A DNA stretch of 53,353 bases from a virus (lineage: Duplodnaviria > Caudoviricetes): positions 1 through 53,353 of IMG/VR virus record IMGVR_UViG_3300025425_000027; one strand, written 5' to 3'. How positions within the stretch are numbered: the stretch's first letter is position 1; every line of letters begins with the position of its first letter. A model generated the notes under the pieces. It made no database searches and was not told the DNA's origin. It saw only the letters and a program-made list of their open reading frames with translations. The position numbers and the translations under genes are program-made. This document shows, piece by piece, positions 44,264 through 53,353 of this stretch.

Positions 44264-46558
44264 TCAATTAATTGGTGGGGCGAAGTATGCGAAGCGTGGA
44301 CGCCCTCTGGCCCCTTGGTTTTGGTCGCGGCACTCAATGCCCCGGTCTGTCTGTAGTGCGTCCAGAACGTCTGCACGTTTGCGTCTGTCCATATTAGCGA
44401 AGGCTGAGACGCTGCGCGACAGGTCACGCTCAGTTAGTCCACCTAGTCCAGCCTTTTCGATACGGGCATAGACTGCCTTACAGGCTGCATCGAATGGGCC
44501 TTCGGCCATGTTCGAGCGGAACATTTCGATAGTTTGCTTGGCGTAGTAGTTAACGTAATCGATGCTCCACTGCATTGCGTCTGAACCGATATCATCTTGT
44601 CCCATTGATCGCGCCACGATTAGGGACAGGCGCATGGCGATCTCTCTAGATCGATTGTACATGGCCTCTAGTCCAGTGCCAGTTTCTTTCTTGATTGCGG
44701 CTACTAGACGCTCTTCGTAGTCGCGCAGGAGCTTCTTTGCCTCTGGGGTGAAGACAACTTCAATTGGGTGTGGCGGCATATCGTTGATGTTGCCTGCATC
44801 TAGGTCACCTTCGTGGGCGTTTGCGTGTTCCTTTGCCCAAGCTGACAGCCTATCAGAGATAGATGAGCGGCGCTTTTCTTGGGACATCTGGACGCCGATA
44901 TCTGATTTGACGATCAGGAAACGGTTTAGAAGACCAGAAGCCACGTCACCACCACCGATTGCCTGCATGAACTCAGAGGGCGTTGACATGCCGACTAGGG
45001 TTAATGACGGGCGCTTAACTACGGTTTCGAGCTTTGCTGCCTCAGAAGACTTCATTGTGTTGGTTGCGTAGCCTTGCTGCCTTAGAACGCCGTCTTGCCT
45101 GCCAAAACATTCCATTATGGAGGTGAGGGCGTCTGCCTTGTGCTGCATTCCTTTTGCTGCGGCGGCTTTAAGCTGACGGCCCAGCTCATCAACTACAGAG
45201 ACGTGGGTGGGCTTTTTTGTGAGGGTGGACATGACGCCTGCACCACTGGTGTATCCAGATGGGCCGATCAGCTCTTCTAAACCAGACTCTTCAAGCAGCT
45301 CTTCTAGGACAGTCTTTGTGTGTTCCTTACCAGATCCAGTCTCGCCAATGTTTAGGAAGTATAGGCTGGTGAAGTTTCGCTGATCTGTAACCCAGCGGCG
45401 CCCCATTGCCACTGACCCGAAAGCTAGGGCGCACTGAACAGCGAACTGTGGCTGGGGCTTGATGGCGGTGACAGTGTAGTAATTGACCACATCTTGCAGA
45501 ATGCCGGGTACTGACAACAAGTCTTCGGGTACTGTATTTAGTGGTAGGTCCGCCTGTTTGGGCTTTGACATAATGTTGGCGGCTACCTTTGCGCCGTGTT
45601 CGATGGCCTCACGATCATATTCGTGGTTTGGATCTTGGGTGACGTTCATCATCTGGGCCGCGTCTTTAACTGCCTTGCTGACATTACCCATGTGTTCGTA
45701 CTGACACCAAAGCTCGAAGGCATCGAAGGTGTGTGCCGAATCAAACGGATCTGATGCGTGGTGGCTATAGGCACGGCCATCATCGAACAGCTTTACGCCT
45801 GCCAGCTTTGAGGTGGAGTTTGGCGATAGGTATCTGCCACGGGATGTTGGCTTGTATCCGTACTGAACCAGCAGGGTGTGCATGTCGTGAGTTTCATTGA
45901 ACTGGTCTATGACTGACGTGCCTTCACCCTTTGGGCGGGGCTTGCGGGTTGGCTGGAACTCTGCCTTCTTTTTCCACGGGCATATGTCTTGTAGCTGTGG
46001 TCGAAATTTATCCCAGTCACGCCATAGGGTCAGGAGCTGTGGCGGTAGATCTGGGAGGCCATCAAAGATCGACCTGCCTGCCCACTCATAGGGACGGCCA
46101 GTATCTGGGTGGATCGATGGGGGCAGAACGTCCTGCACTGAACCAGCTCGAAGCTCGAAGACCACTTCGGTCTTGCGTGGATCGTCTTGGACTGGCCACG
46201 ATATCTTGTGGGTGATTAGATCGGGTGGTGCTTTAAAGATCAGCTTGCCACGATTTTCACGACCAATGATTTGGGGTGCGGACTGCATAAGCTCAGAGAA
46301 GTCGATGCCCAGCTCTTCAAAGATTATCTTTGTGTGTTCGACGTTATCTATATCAACAGCACAAGTGCCGCTGGCTCCATGTAGTAGACCTACATTGTGA
46401 TTCGGATTCTGCTCGTAATACAGCCGCGCTGCATCAGGATCAGACAATGCCTTCTCTGGTTGCTGCCAGCCAAATCTCGTTGGGCCTTTAGAGCCTGCGG
46501 GGATCGTGACTAGATACCAGCCAAGTTTAGAGCAATAGTCTTCAACTGGGAATTTCAT
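44264..46558 (-). CDS. Bifunctional primase-polymerase fused to a P-loop helicase (DUF3987-like)
   Basis: NVGL...AVDID...VLPPSIHP..G..Y.W; Walker A GETGSGKE; VVDE; GLLNRFL. Confidence 0.88.
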   Translation of the reverse strand: MKFPVEDYCSKLGWYLVTIPAGSKGPTRFGWQQPEKALSDPDAARLYYEQNPNHNVGLLHGASGTCAVDIDNVEHTKIIFEELGIDFSELMQSAPQIIGRENRGKLIFKAPPDLITHKISWPVQDDPRKTEVVFELRAGSVQDVLPPSIHPDTGRPYEWAGRSIFDGLPDLPPQLLTLWRDWDKFRPQLQDICPWKKKAEFQPTRKPRPKGEGTSVIDQFNETHDMHTLLVQYGYKPTSRGRYLSPNSTSKLAGVKLFDDGRAYSHHASDPFDSAHTFDAFELWCQYEHMGNVSKAVKDAAQMMNVTQDPNHEYDREAIEHGAKVAANIMSKPKQADLPLNTVPEDLLSVPGILQDVVNYYTVTAIKPQPQFAVQCALAFGSVAMGRRWVTDQRNFTSLYFLNIGETGSGKEHTKTVLEELLEESGLEELIGPSGYTSGAGVMSTLTKKPTHVSVVDELGRQLKAAAAKGMQHKADALTSIMECFGRQDGVLRQQGYATNTMKSSEAAKLETVVKRPSLTLVGMSTPSEFMQAIGGGDVASGLLNRFLIVKSDIGVQMSQEKRRSSISDRLSAWAKEHANAHEGDLDAGNINDMPPHPIEVVFTPEAKKLLRDYEERLVAAIKKETGTGLEAMYNRSREIAMRLSLIVARSMGQDDIGSDAMQWSIDYVNYYAKQTIEMFRSNMAEGPFDAACKAVYARIEKAGLGGLTERDLSRSVSAFANMDRRKRADVLDALQTDRGIECRDQNQGARGRPRFAYFAPPIN

Positions 46559-46734
46559 TCTGCCTCGCTTAGATATTCGCTAAGTTTTTTCCACGTTGTG
46601 AGGCTGATTTGCTCATTACCTGTGGCGATTGATTTAACAGTGGGGTGGGATAGGCCACACCGCTCTGCCACGACAGTCAGGCGGCGATCTTGGAGCGCGA
46701 CCCTAATATCGTCTATTGGTATTAGTTTTTGCAT
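46555..46734 (-). CDS. Cro-like HTH regulator (59 aa; not in ORF track)
   Basis: Manual translation LQDRRLTVVAERCGLSHPTVKSIATG...TWKKLSEYL. Confidence 0.75.
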   Translation of the reverse strand: MQKLIPIDDIRVALQDRRLTVVAERCGLSHPTVKSIATGNEQISLTTWKKLSEYLSEAE

Positions 46735-46844
46735 TTTTCACCTTTTTTTGCGATTGAGTACAAAAATATCTTTACAGGCTGCAAATCTTTCTGTAAACCA
46801 ATTTCTGTAGAGAGTGTGAAAAAGAGAATCGAAAGGAAATTGCA
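46735..46844. promoter_or_regulatory. Divergent promoter region with palindromic operator
   Basis: TTTACAG-N13-CTGTAAA at 46771-46797, between divergent operons. Confidence 0.55.
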
Positions 46845-47222
46845 ATGAGCAATATCGATGGATTGGCCTCCCAGTGGCTAGAAGTAAAGGCGTTAGAAAA
46901 GAAGATTATCGCACAGCGCCACGCGATAGAAGAGCAAATAACTGAGGCACTAGAAGCCAAGGGTGAAGGCTCCATTACCCACAAACTTGATGAGCATAAG
47001 ATCACGCTGACACAGCCTGTGTCTCGCAAGGTTGACGCCATCGTTTGGGAAAAAATCAAACATAAAATTCCTGAGAACATGCACCCGGTGAAGGTGACAT
47101 TATCGGCTGACGCGGCTGGCTGCAAATATCTGGTGGAGAAAGAACACCGGATGTGGGCCAAGATTGCTGATGCCTTTGAAACTAAGCAGGGCAAGATCGG
47201 CGTTAAAGTCGAAACCTTTTAA
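46845..47222 (+). CDS. Hypothetical replication-module protein
   Basis: GAAAGGA RBS; first gene of the rightward operon. Confidence 0.75.
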   Translation: MSNIDGLASQWLEVKALEKKIIAQRHAIEEQITEALEAKGEGSITHKLDEHKITLTQPVSRKVDAIVWEKIKHKIPENMHPVKVTLSADAAGCKYLVEKEHRMWAKIADAFETKQGKIGVKVETF

Positions 47223-47248
47223 TTGAAATCTGAAAAAGGAAAAATGAA

Positions 47249-48058
47249 ATGCACATTGATCAAATAGCCACAACCATCACACCTGAGATGGCGAGTGAAC
47301 TTCTTACAAAGAACTACGCAAACCGTAAGCTATCAAAGCCAAACTATACTCACTACATGACCGACATGCTAAATGGGTCTTGGCAGCTTAACGGGGAGAC
47401 AATTAAGGTCGCCATTGATGGTGAGTTAATTGATGGTCAAAATAGACTGACTGCTTGCGTAATGGCAGGAAAACCTTTCCGAACTGTTTTAATCACGGGC
47501 CTTCCGAATACTGTAAAGAAGACCATCGACGGTGGGAAAAAGCGTTCGTTTAATGACCGCGCCCAAATGGACGGAACAAAGCACGGTGCAGCGGTGGGAA
47601 GTGCCATTAACTTTATGGCCAGCTTGGCTAATAAAACTTCCAGAAAAACGGCACTACTTACGCACAGCGAAATGTTTGAAGTATTAGAGATGCACCCAAA
47701 ACTTTGGGATAGTGCGGAATTTTGCTATAAATGTTTTACTGGCATGGCAAGCTCTCTAACTGCGCTGCACTATATCGCGTCATCATTAGGTAACAAAGAT
47801 GAGGCTGATTCTATGGTTCAAGTTTGGCGAGACGGACAAAGAACATATGAGAATGACGCAATGGTTTTCTGCCGTGAGTTCATGATCAGTGACAGCCAAA
47901 AACAAAAAAAGGCGGACTACAACTTTAGGTATTCCTTGTTGATAAATTGTTACAACAAGTTCCTGACTAAGTCGCCAATGACACAAGCCAGACTTCGAGC
48001 GGATCTAAGTTTCATCGATGGCTGGAACGAATATGCAATGTTTAAAAAGGAGAAGTGA
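47249..48058 (+). CDS. ParB/Srx-like domain protein
   Basis: ITPEMASELL..N..NR...W.LNGETI...LIDGQNRL. Confidence 0.7.
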   Translation: MHIDQIATTITPEMASELLTKNYANRKLSKPNYTHYMTDMLNGSWQLNGETIKVAIDGELIDGQNRLTACVMAGKPFRTVLITGLPNTVKKTIDGGKKRSFNDRAQMDGTKHGAAVGSAINFMASLANKTSRKTALLTHSEMFEVLEMHPKLWDSAEFCYKCFTGMASSLTALHYIASSLGNKDEADSMVQVWRDGQRTYENDAMVFCREFMISDSQKQKKADYNFRYSLLINCYNKFLTKSPMTQARLRADLSFIDGWNEYAMFKKEK

Positions 48059-48124
48059 AATGGAGAGAACAATGGATGAAATTTTAGATGAGGTGTTTGG
48101 CCTTGTATTTGGGAAGGATTGGTA

Positions 48125-48883
48125 ATGGCTATTAATCTTAAATCACTGTCGAAGCCTACGGGCCAACGACCAATCATTGCCACGCTCTTTGGTGAGGGCG
48201 GCATGGGCAAGACCACTCTGGCTGCTATGTTTCCCAATCCTGTGTTTATCAGGACTGAGGATGGCACGGCCAGTCTGACAGGTAATGACAACGTCAGCAT
48301 GTTTCCGCTGGCCACGTCCACTCAGGATGTTCTGGATGCGATTGAGGCTTTGGCAACGGAGAAGCACGAACACAAGACACTGGTCATCGATAGCATCACG
48401 CAACTGGCCACACTAATTGAAAGCGAAATTGTGGCGTCTGATCCGAAGGCAAAGTCGATCAACCAAGCGGGTGGCGGCTACGGCGCGGGATACAGCACGG
48501 CTGCTGAAAAGCATCGGCAGATCCGCGAGTGGGCTGGTTCGCTTGCCTATGAGCGCGACATGAACGTGATTTTCATTGGCCACGCCGACACTGAGACGTT
48601 GGACTTGCCAGACATGGACCCATTCGCACGGTACACGGTGCGGATGCATAAGAAGTCTATCCCGCACTACACTGACAACTGCGATCTTGTTGGATTAATC
48701 CGACTGAAGACATTTGTCCGTGGCGGTGAGGGCGACAAGAAACGTGCGATCAGCACTGGGGAACGCGAGATCATCTGCTTCCCACAGGCATCGTCAGTTA
48801 CTAAAAACCGCTTCAACATAAGCGAACCTTTGCCGTTCACGTTTGACGGCGGCAACCCTTTTGCAGACTTTATAACAGAGTAG
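48125..48883 (+). CDS. Sak4-like AAA ATPase (recombination/annealing)
   Basis: GEGGMGKTT, TLVIDSIT, GYGAGY, IGH, KNRF. Confidence 0.85.
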   Translation: MAINLKSLSKPTGQRPIIATLFGEGGMGKTTLAAMFPNPVFIRTEDGTASLTGNDNVSMFPLATSTQDVLDAIEALATEKHEHKTLVIDSITQLATLIESEIVASDPKAKSINQAGGGYGAGYSTAAEKHRQIREWAGSLAYERDMNVIFIGHADTETLDLPDMDPFARYTVRMHKKSIPHYTDNCDLVGLIRLKTFVRGGEGDKKRAISTGEREIICFPQASSVTKNRFNISEPLPFTFDGGNPFADFITE

Positions 48884-48894
48884 GAGAAACTCAA

Positions 48895-49362
48895 ATGGAC
48901 TTAAATGGATTTAACGCGCTGGAGATTGAACCAGCAACATCATACGAACCGCTGCCAGCGGATTGGTATAAGGTTGTCATCACTGACACCGAAGAGAAGC
49001 CAACCAAGGCGCAGACGGGTTCATACCTTCAGCTCACGATTGAAGTGATCGAAGGCAACCATGCGGGTCGCAAGGTGTTTGATCGCCTGAACCTGAAGAA
49101 CCCGAACAGCGTTGCTGTTGAGATTGCCCAGCGCAGCCTGTCAAGCATCTGTCGCTCTATTGGGGTCAACAACCCGAAGGACAGTATGGAGCTGCGTGAC
49201 AAGCCTCTGATGGTTAAATTGGCGGTGAATCCAGCGGACGGCCAGTACGGCGCGTCTAACGACATCAAGGAGTATGCAGCGGCCAACGGCGCAACTGCGT
49301 CACCAGCTCCTGCGGCTGCGGCGGCAACGGGTGGCACAGCTACGCCACCTTGGAAGCGATAG
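48895..49362 (+). CDS. ssDNA-binding protein (DUF669-like)
   Basis: YEPLPADWY...GRKVFDRLNL...N.IK.Y...PPW. Confidence 0.8.
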   Translation: MDLNGFNALEIEPATSYEPLPADWYKVVITDTEEKPTKAQTGSYLQLTIEVIEGNHAGRKVFDRLNLKNPNSVAVEIAQRSLSSICRSIGVNNPKDSMELRDKPLMVKLAVNPADGQYGASNDIKEYAAANGATASPAPAAAAATGGTATPPWKR

Positions 49363-49373
49363 TTCTTTTCTAT

Positions 49374-49402
49374 GATGGGGCGGCTGGTCTGCCCCATTTT
49401 GT
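49374..49402 (+). terminator. Hairpin/terminator after the SSB gene
   Basis: ATGGGGCGG...CTGCCCCAT followed by TTTG. Confidence 0.55.
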
Positions 49403-49485
49403 GAATAGAAGGAGGGTACGATGCTAGAATATATCGTGATAGTTTTTGTTATTAACCTATCGTTAAACATGATGGGGGTGTTTCA

Positions 49486-50427
49486 ATGAACCTTGAGCCA
49501 ATGGCCACGCCAAAGACGATTGAGGCGATTTACCAATACTACAAAGACAGGCGCAAGAATGAGCATCGGCCCCACTTGGGCGGGAGCCAGATCGGCAACG
49601 ATTGCAGCCGCGCTCTGTGGTATCAATTCAGACACGCTTGGCGTCCTAGCTTTGATGGTAGGATGCTTCGTCTTTTTGAGACGGGTGATCGTGAAGAGGA
49701 TCGGGTTGTGTCGAACCTTCGAGCTGTCGGCGTTAAGGTCTGGGAGAAAGATCCAGAGACGGGATTGCAGGTTAGGTTCGAGGCTTGCGGCGGTCACTTT
49801 GCATTGAGCTTAGACGGTGTGGGTGAGGGGTTTAAGGAAAGCAGCAAGCCACACACGCTTGAGTTCAAGACGATGAACGAGAAGAACTTCAAGGCTCTGA
49901 AGAACCTTGGATGCAAGAAGTCCAAGCCAGTGTATTGGGCGCAGTGTCAGATCGGGATGCACTTGGCGGGGATCGACAGGTGCTATTTCTTTGCGGTCAA
50001 CAAAAACACAGATGAGATGTACGGCGAGCGGATTAAGCTCGACAAGGCGGAGGCCAAGCTGTTGGTCAGCAAGGCTGAGAACATTGTGTTTTCGGCAACA
50101 CCGCCCTCGAAGCTGCACGAAGATCCCAGCAACTGGCAGTGCAAGTTCTGTTCTTACTGGGCTGTCTGCCACGGTTGCAAGATCCCAGAGGTGAGCTGTC
50201 GGACGTGCAGCCATGTGACACCTGAGAAGGATGGAACGTGGACCTGCGCCAAGGGCAAGCCTGTTGAGACGTGCGATGAGCATTTGTACATCCCTCAGAT
50301 CATGCCGAAAGATTTGGTTGTGACGGACGCTGGTGATGATTTCGTTGAATACGAGGATCAGGATACTGGCGAGGTCATCCGCAATCAGGGCAACAGCCAA
50401 GAGATATTCGACGGGAGGATGCAGTGA
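49486..50427 (+). CDS. Cas4-like PD-(D/E)xK exonuclease
   Basis: LGGSQIG..CSR, LDG, LEFKT, QCQ, CKFC...C. Confidence 0.85.
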   Translation: MNLEPMATPKTIEAIYQYYKDRRKNEHRPHLGGSQIGNDCSRALWYQFRHAWRPSFDGRMLRLFETGDREEDRVVSNLRAVGVKVWEKDPETGLQVRFEACGGHFALSLDGVGEGFKESSKPHTLEFKTMNEKNFKALKNLGCKKSKPVYWAQCQIGMHLAGIDRCYFFAVNKNTDEMYGERIKLDKAEAKLLVSKAENIVFSATPPSKLHEDPSNWQCKFCSYWAVCHGCKIPEVSCRTCSHVTPEKDGTWTCAKGKPVETCDEHLYIPQIMPKDLVVTDAGDDFVEYEDQDTGEVIRNQGNSQEIFDGRMQ

Positions 50428-50702
50428 TGGACCGCGAAGGATTAGGTGAAGTAATTGCAATCATGTTGGATGTTATGCCGGGTAATATCAGTGAAAAAGA
50501 CATTTCAATCATCATGGTCAATTTCATCATTAATAAGAAAATGGCCAATCACTGGCCGCTAATAAATGAGTATATCGAAAACGGTTTGGTTGAGTTTTTG
50601 GTTTCTAAGGCTGTCGAGAACGACATGAATGGGCGGTTAATCCAAGACGCCGTTAAAGATGCGAATGATTTTCTGGAGGGAATTGTAAATGGCGCAGGGT
50701 GA
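50424..50702 (+). CDS. Hypothetical protein
   Basis: Coupled within the operon. Confidence 0.6.
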   Translation: MMDREGLGEVIAIMLDVMPGNISEKDISIIMVNFIINKKMANHWPLINEYIENGLVEFLVSKAVENDMNGRLIQDAVKDANDFLEGIVNGAG

Positions 50703-51216
50703 AGAAAAGATCTTGAGCATCAGATTGACGCGATCAGAAATATCAGAAGCAAAGCAGGCGGCTGCGCTACGCTGGCAACTGGCACGGGCTAGTGGAGTTG
50801 CTAACCAGCGCAGAGACAATAGGTCAGACGGCGACATCGACCTTTTAGGCGTCAAGGCTGAGATAGCTGTGGCGAAGGCATTGCAGCTTCCATACAGGGC
50901 GTCCGCACTTGGGATCGATAGTGGGGCAGACATCTGGGCAGATGACGTTGGCATTGATGTGAAGTCTACATTTTATCAGACAGGCAAGCTGCTGTTTAAG
51001 TCTCTGGAAGCATTCGTTGCTGAGTATGCCATATTGGTTACGGCATCGGGCGAAGAGGATGTGATGCGCGTTATTGGCGGCATGGGCCGGGATAGATTTA
51101 AGACTGACGCAGTTCAAGTGGATCTTGGCCGGGGTCCATGTTGGGTTGCAGCCCAAGATACATTGACGCCGATAGAAGGTGTCTGGCTTGGATTTACGCA
51201 ATGGAGGATGCGCTGA
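50689..51216 (+). CDS. Restriction-endonuclease-fold protein
   Basis: GVKAEIA...DSGAD...IDVKST. Confidence 0.6.
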   Translation: MAQGEEKILSIRLTRSEISEAKQAAALRWQLARASGVANQRRDNRSDGDIDLLGVKAEIAVAKALQLPYRASALGIDSGADIWADDVGIDVKSTFYQTGKLLFKSLEAFVAEYAILVTASGEEDVMRVIGGMGRDRFKTDAVQVDLGRGPCWVAAQDTLTPIEGVWLGFTQWRMR

Positions 51217-52880
51217 TGACCTTTGAATTAAGAGACTACCAGAAAGATGCGATTGACGGCCTGTACAACTATTGGGCTGGCAAGGCTGGGGACAACCCAC
51301 TGATCGTTGCGCCGACTGGGTCTGGCAAGACGGCGATCATCGCGCAGTTGATTAAGGATGCTATGGGCTTTCCCGGCACACGGGTGCTGGTTGTGACGCA
51401 TGTGAAGGAGCTGTTGGAGCAAGGCGCAGATGGGTTGCTGAAGCTGTACCCAGAGGCTGATTTTGGACTCTACAGCGCAGGTTTGAAGCAAAAGGTGCTA
51501 GGCAGACCAATCACGTTTGCAGGCATCCAGTCGATCTGGGAGAGGGCGTATGACATTGTGCCTGCCCCTGACTTGGTTCTGATCGATGAGGCGCACTTGC
51601 TACCCAAAAATACTGAGACAAGATACAATCGGTTTATCGCTGATCTGAAGGTGTGCAACCCAGACGTGAAGGTGGTGGGGCTTACGGCCACGCCATACAG
51701 GCTGGACAGCGGGTATCTGCATGAGGGAAAAGGCGCGATCTTTGACGGGATTGCCCACGACATCCCAGTGGCCATGCTAATGGAGCAAGGCTACCTGTCG
51801 CCTGTGATCAGCAAGGGCGGCGTAAAGCAGATAAATCTGGAGGGTGTTGGCAAGCGGGGCGGTGAGTTCATTGAGAGCCAGCTTGCAACTGCGGCGTCTG
51901 ACCCAGAGCTGGTGAGGTCTACTGTCGAGGAGATCGTGCGGCTTGGATCGGATCGGAAAAGCTGGCTGGTGTTCAGCAGCGGGGTCAACCACGCTAATAT
52001 GTTGGCTGATGAATTTGAGGCCCACGATATTGCAGTTGGCGTGGTGACAGGCACAGACAGCGACAAGGTGCGCGAGAAGACCATTGCAGACTTCAAGAGC
52101 GGTGAGCTGCGCTGCCTGATTAACGTGAACGTGTTGACCACGGGGTTCGATCACCCACCAGTTGATCTAGTCGCTTTGGTTAGGGCTACGGCATCGACGG
52201 GCCTTTACGTTCAGATGGTGGGCCGGGGAACGCGGATTGCTGACGGTAAGGAAAACTGCCTGATTCTGGATTACGGCCAGAATGTCGAGCGGCACGGGTT
52301 TATCGATCAGGTAAAGCCAAAGGATAAGATGTCGAGCGGAGACGGCGAAGCGCCGACCAAGCAGTGCGAGAGCTGCCAGACAATGGTTCACGCAGCCTGT
52401 CAGATCTGCCCTGAGTGCGGGTTCCAGTTTCCTGCGCCGACACTCAACCACAGCGCAAACTCCTATCGTGGGGCCATGCTATCGTCTCAGGTAGTGGCTG
52501 AGTGGTATGACGTGGATAGCGTGGCGTATGCGCGGCATAAGAAGGAGGGCAAGCCAGACAGCGTGAAGGTGACGTATTACGCTGGGCTGATGGCTGTGAG
52601 CGAGTGGCTATGCCCAGATCACGGCGGGTATGCTGAGAGCCGCTACAAAGCTCGCAAGGCGTTGCTGACCTCTGATGCCAACAGCACGGATGATGCACTC
52701 AACGAATGCCAGTTTTGGGTTAAACCCAGCAAGATTAAGGTTAAGCCATCCAACCATGACCCGCGCTATCAAGAGATCGTGCAGTTTGATTATACTCAAG
52801 TGGAGAGAAAACATGAGACGAAGACGCAAGGCTTCGGGGGTTACGCTAATCTCAACGACCTCGAAGACATACCCTTCTGA
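51216..52880 (+). CDS. SF2 helicase (RadD/YejH-like) with Zn finger
   Basis: LRDYQ, PTGSGKT, DEAH, TATP, TGFD, QMVGRG, CxxC..CxxC; start reassigned to MTFEL. Confidence 0.93.
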   Translation: MTFELRDYQKDAIDGLYNYWAGKAGDNPLIVAPTGSGKTAIIAQLIKDAMGFPGTRVLVVTHVKELLEQGADGLLKLYPEADFGLYSAGLKQKVLGRPITFAGIQSIWERAYDIVPAPDLVLIDEAHLLPKNTETRYNRFIADLKVCNPDVKVVGLTATPYRLDSGYLHEGKGAIFDGIAHDIPVAMLMEQGYLSPVISKGGVKQINLEGVGKRGGEFIESQLATAASDPELVRSTVEEIVRLGSDRKSWLVFSSGVNHANMLADEFEAHDIAVGVVTGTDSDKVREKTIADFKSGELRCLINVNVLTTGFDHPPVDLVALVRATASTGLYVQMVGRGTRIADGKENCLILDYGQNVERHGFIDQVKPKDKMSSGDGEAPTKQCESCQTMVHAACQICPECGFQFPAPTLNHSANSYRGAMLSSQVVAEWYDVDSVAYARHKKEGKPDSVKVTYYAGLMAVSEWLCPDHGGYAESRYKARKALLTSDANSTDDALNECQFWVKPSKIKVKPSNHDPRYQEIVQFDYTQVERKHETKTQGFGGYANLNDLEDIPF

Positions 52881-53202
52881 GCATTCGGAACAGGTTGGTT
52901 TTGTCAATTGGTTTCGGGTTCAGTATCCAAACGTGCTGATCTTTGCGATACCCAATGGAGAGAAGCGAGCGATCACCGTGGCCAAGCGATTGAAGGCGGA
53001 GGGCGTGGTGCGGGGCATACCAGATCTTTTCATTCCACAGTGGAACCTGTGGGTTGAGATGAAGAGGGTTTCGGGTGGGCGACTTTCCCCCGAACAGAAA
53101 GGAATGATTGGATACCTTGAGGGTGTTGGCCATAAAGTGATTGTAGGCAAGGGCGCGGCGGATGCGTCAAAGCAGATACTGGAGTTTAGAAATGGAACAT
53201 GA
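52813..53202 (+). CDS. VRR-NUC nuclease
   Basis: EHSEQ...IPNG...GIPDL...WVEMKR..GRLSPEQ. Confidence 0.88.
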   Translation: MRRRRKASGVTLISTTSKTYPSEHSEQVGFVNWFRVQYPNVLIFAIPNGEKRAITVAKRLKAEGVVRGIPDLFIPQWNLWVEMKRVSGGRLSPEQKGMIGYLEGVGHKVIVGKGAADASKQILEFRNGT

Positions 53203-53317
53203 AGAGGGCTTAGAGCCATTATTTTTAGAGCGTAAGCACGTTAAGTTTATTGTGCTGTGGGGCGCTGCTGTGACGTGCGTATTGGGCGCTATCATACTCG
53301 AAAGGTTTTTTCTATGA
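53192..53317 (+). CDS. Small membrane protein spanning the terminal repeat (not in ORF track)
   Basis: MEHEEGLEPLFLERKHVKFIVLWGAAVTCVLGAIILERFFL; both repeat substitutions are synonymous in this frame. Confidence 0.65.
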   Translation: MEHEEGLEPLFLERKHVKFIVLWGAAVTCVLGAIILERFFL

Positions 53318-53353
53318 CTGACAGTGACCTGACAGCCTTTCAGGCGTCACAGC
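53222..53353. repeat. Terminal direct repeat or circular assembly overlap, right copy
   Basis: Matches 1-132 with 2 mismatches. Confidence 0.95.

Noticed and set aside
48060-48125. 21-aa ORF MERTMDEILDEVFGLVFGKDW (and a 22-aa hydrophobic ORF at 49420-49488)
   Set aside because: Both fill gaps and have RBS-like sequences, but are too short to support without homology or ribosome profiling.
49486-50427. Cas4-like gene as evidence of a CRISPR-Cas system
   Set aside because: No repeat-spacer array or other cas genes seen; the Sak4/SSB context indicates a phage recombination exonuclease.
1-53353. Prophage or gene transfer agent
   Set aside because: No host genes, integrase or att context; the ends overlap as a circle and a full replication module is present.

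Overview
The window looks like a complete, circularly assembled ~53.2 kb tailed dsDNA phage genome; bases 1-132 recur at 53222-53353 with two substitutions. The architecture is podovirus-like: a P22-type portal and tail hub, large ejection proteins, and no tape-measure or sheath gene. The recurring RBS AGAAAGGA and RPxARP peptides suggest a marine alphaproteobacterial host, probably Rhodobacteraceae (inference). The + strand carries early genes (1-3045) and replication/recombination genes (46845-53317). The - strand carries a long morphogenesis and lysis region (3039-40494), an early regulatory operon (40669-43115), a likely origin (~43190-43490) and a primase-polymerase/helicase. I found no integrase, canonical DNA polymerase, tRNA or CRISPR array. 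The most notable items are: (1) a coupled cassette of five Sec-exported proteins plus a membrane-anchored coiled coil inside the lysis region, resembling a miniature pilus or envelope-spanning apparatus; (2) an early operon of host-transcription mimics, including a sigma70-region-4 / RNAP alpha-CTD / Zn-finger fusion, alongside repeated UP-element hairpin promoters with compensatory changes; (3) toxin-like virion cargo in the head module; (4) shared N-terminal peptides (MGGFC; MNRASF) that may be packaging or modification signals. All product calls come from motif recognition by eye; no database search was run.
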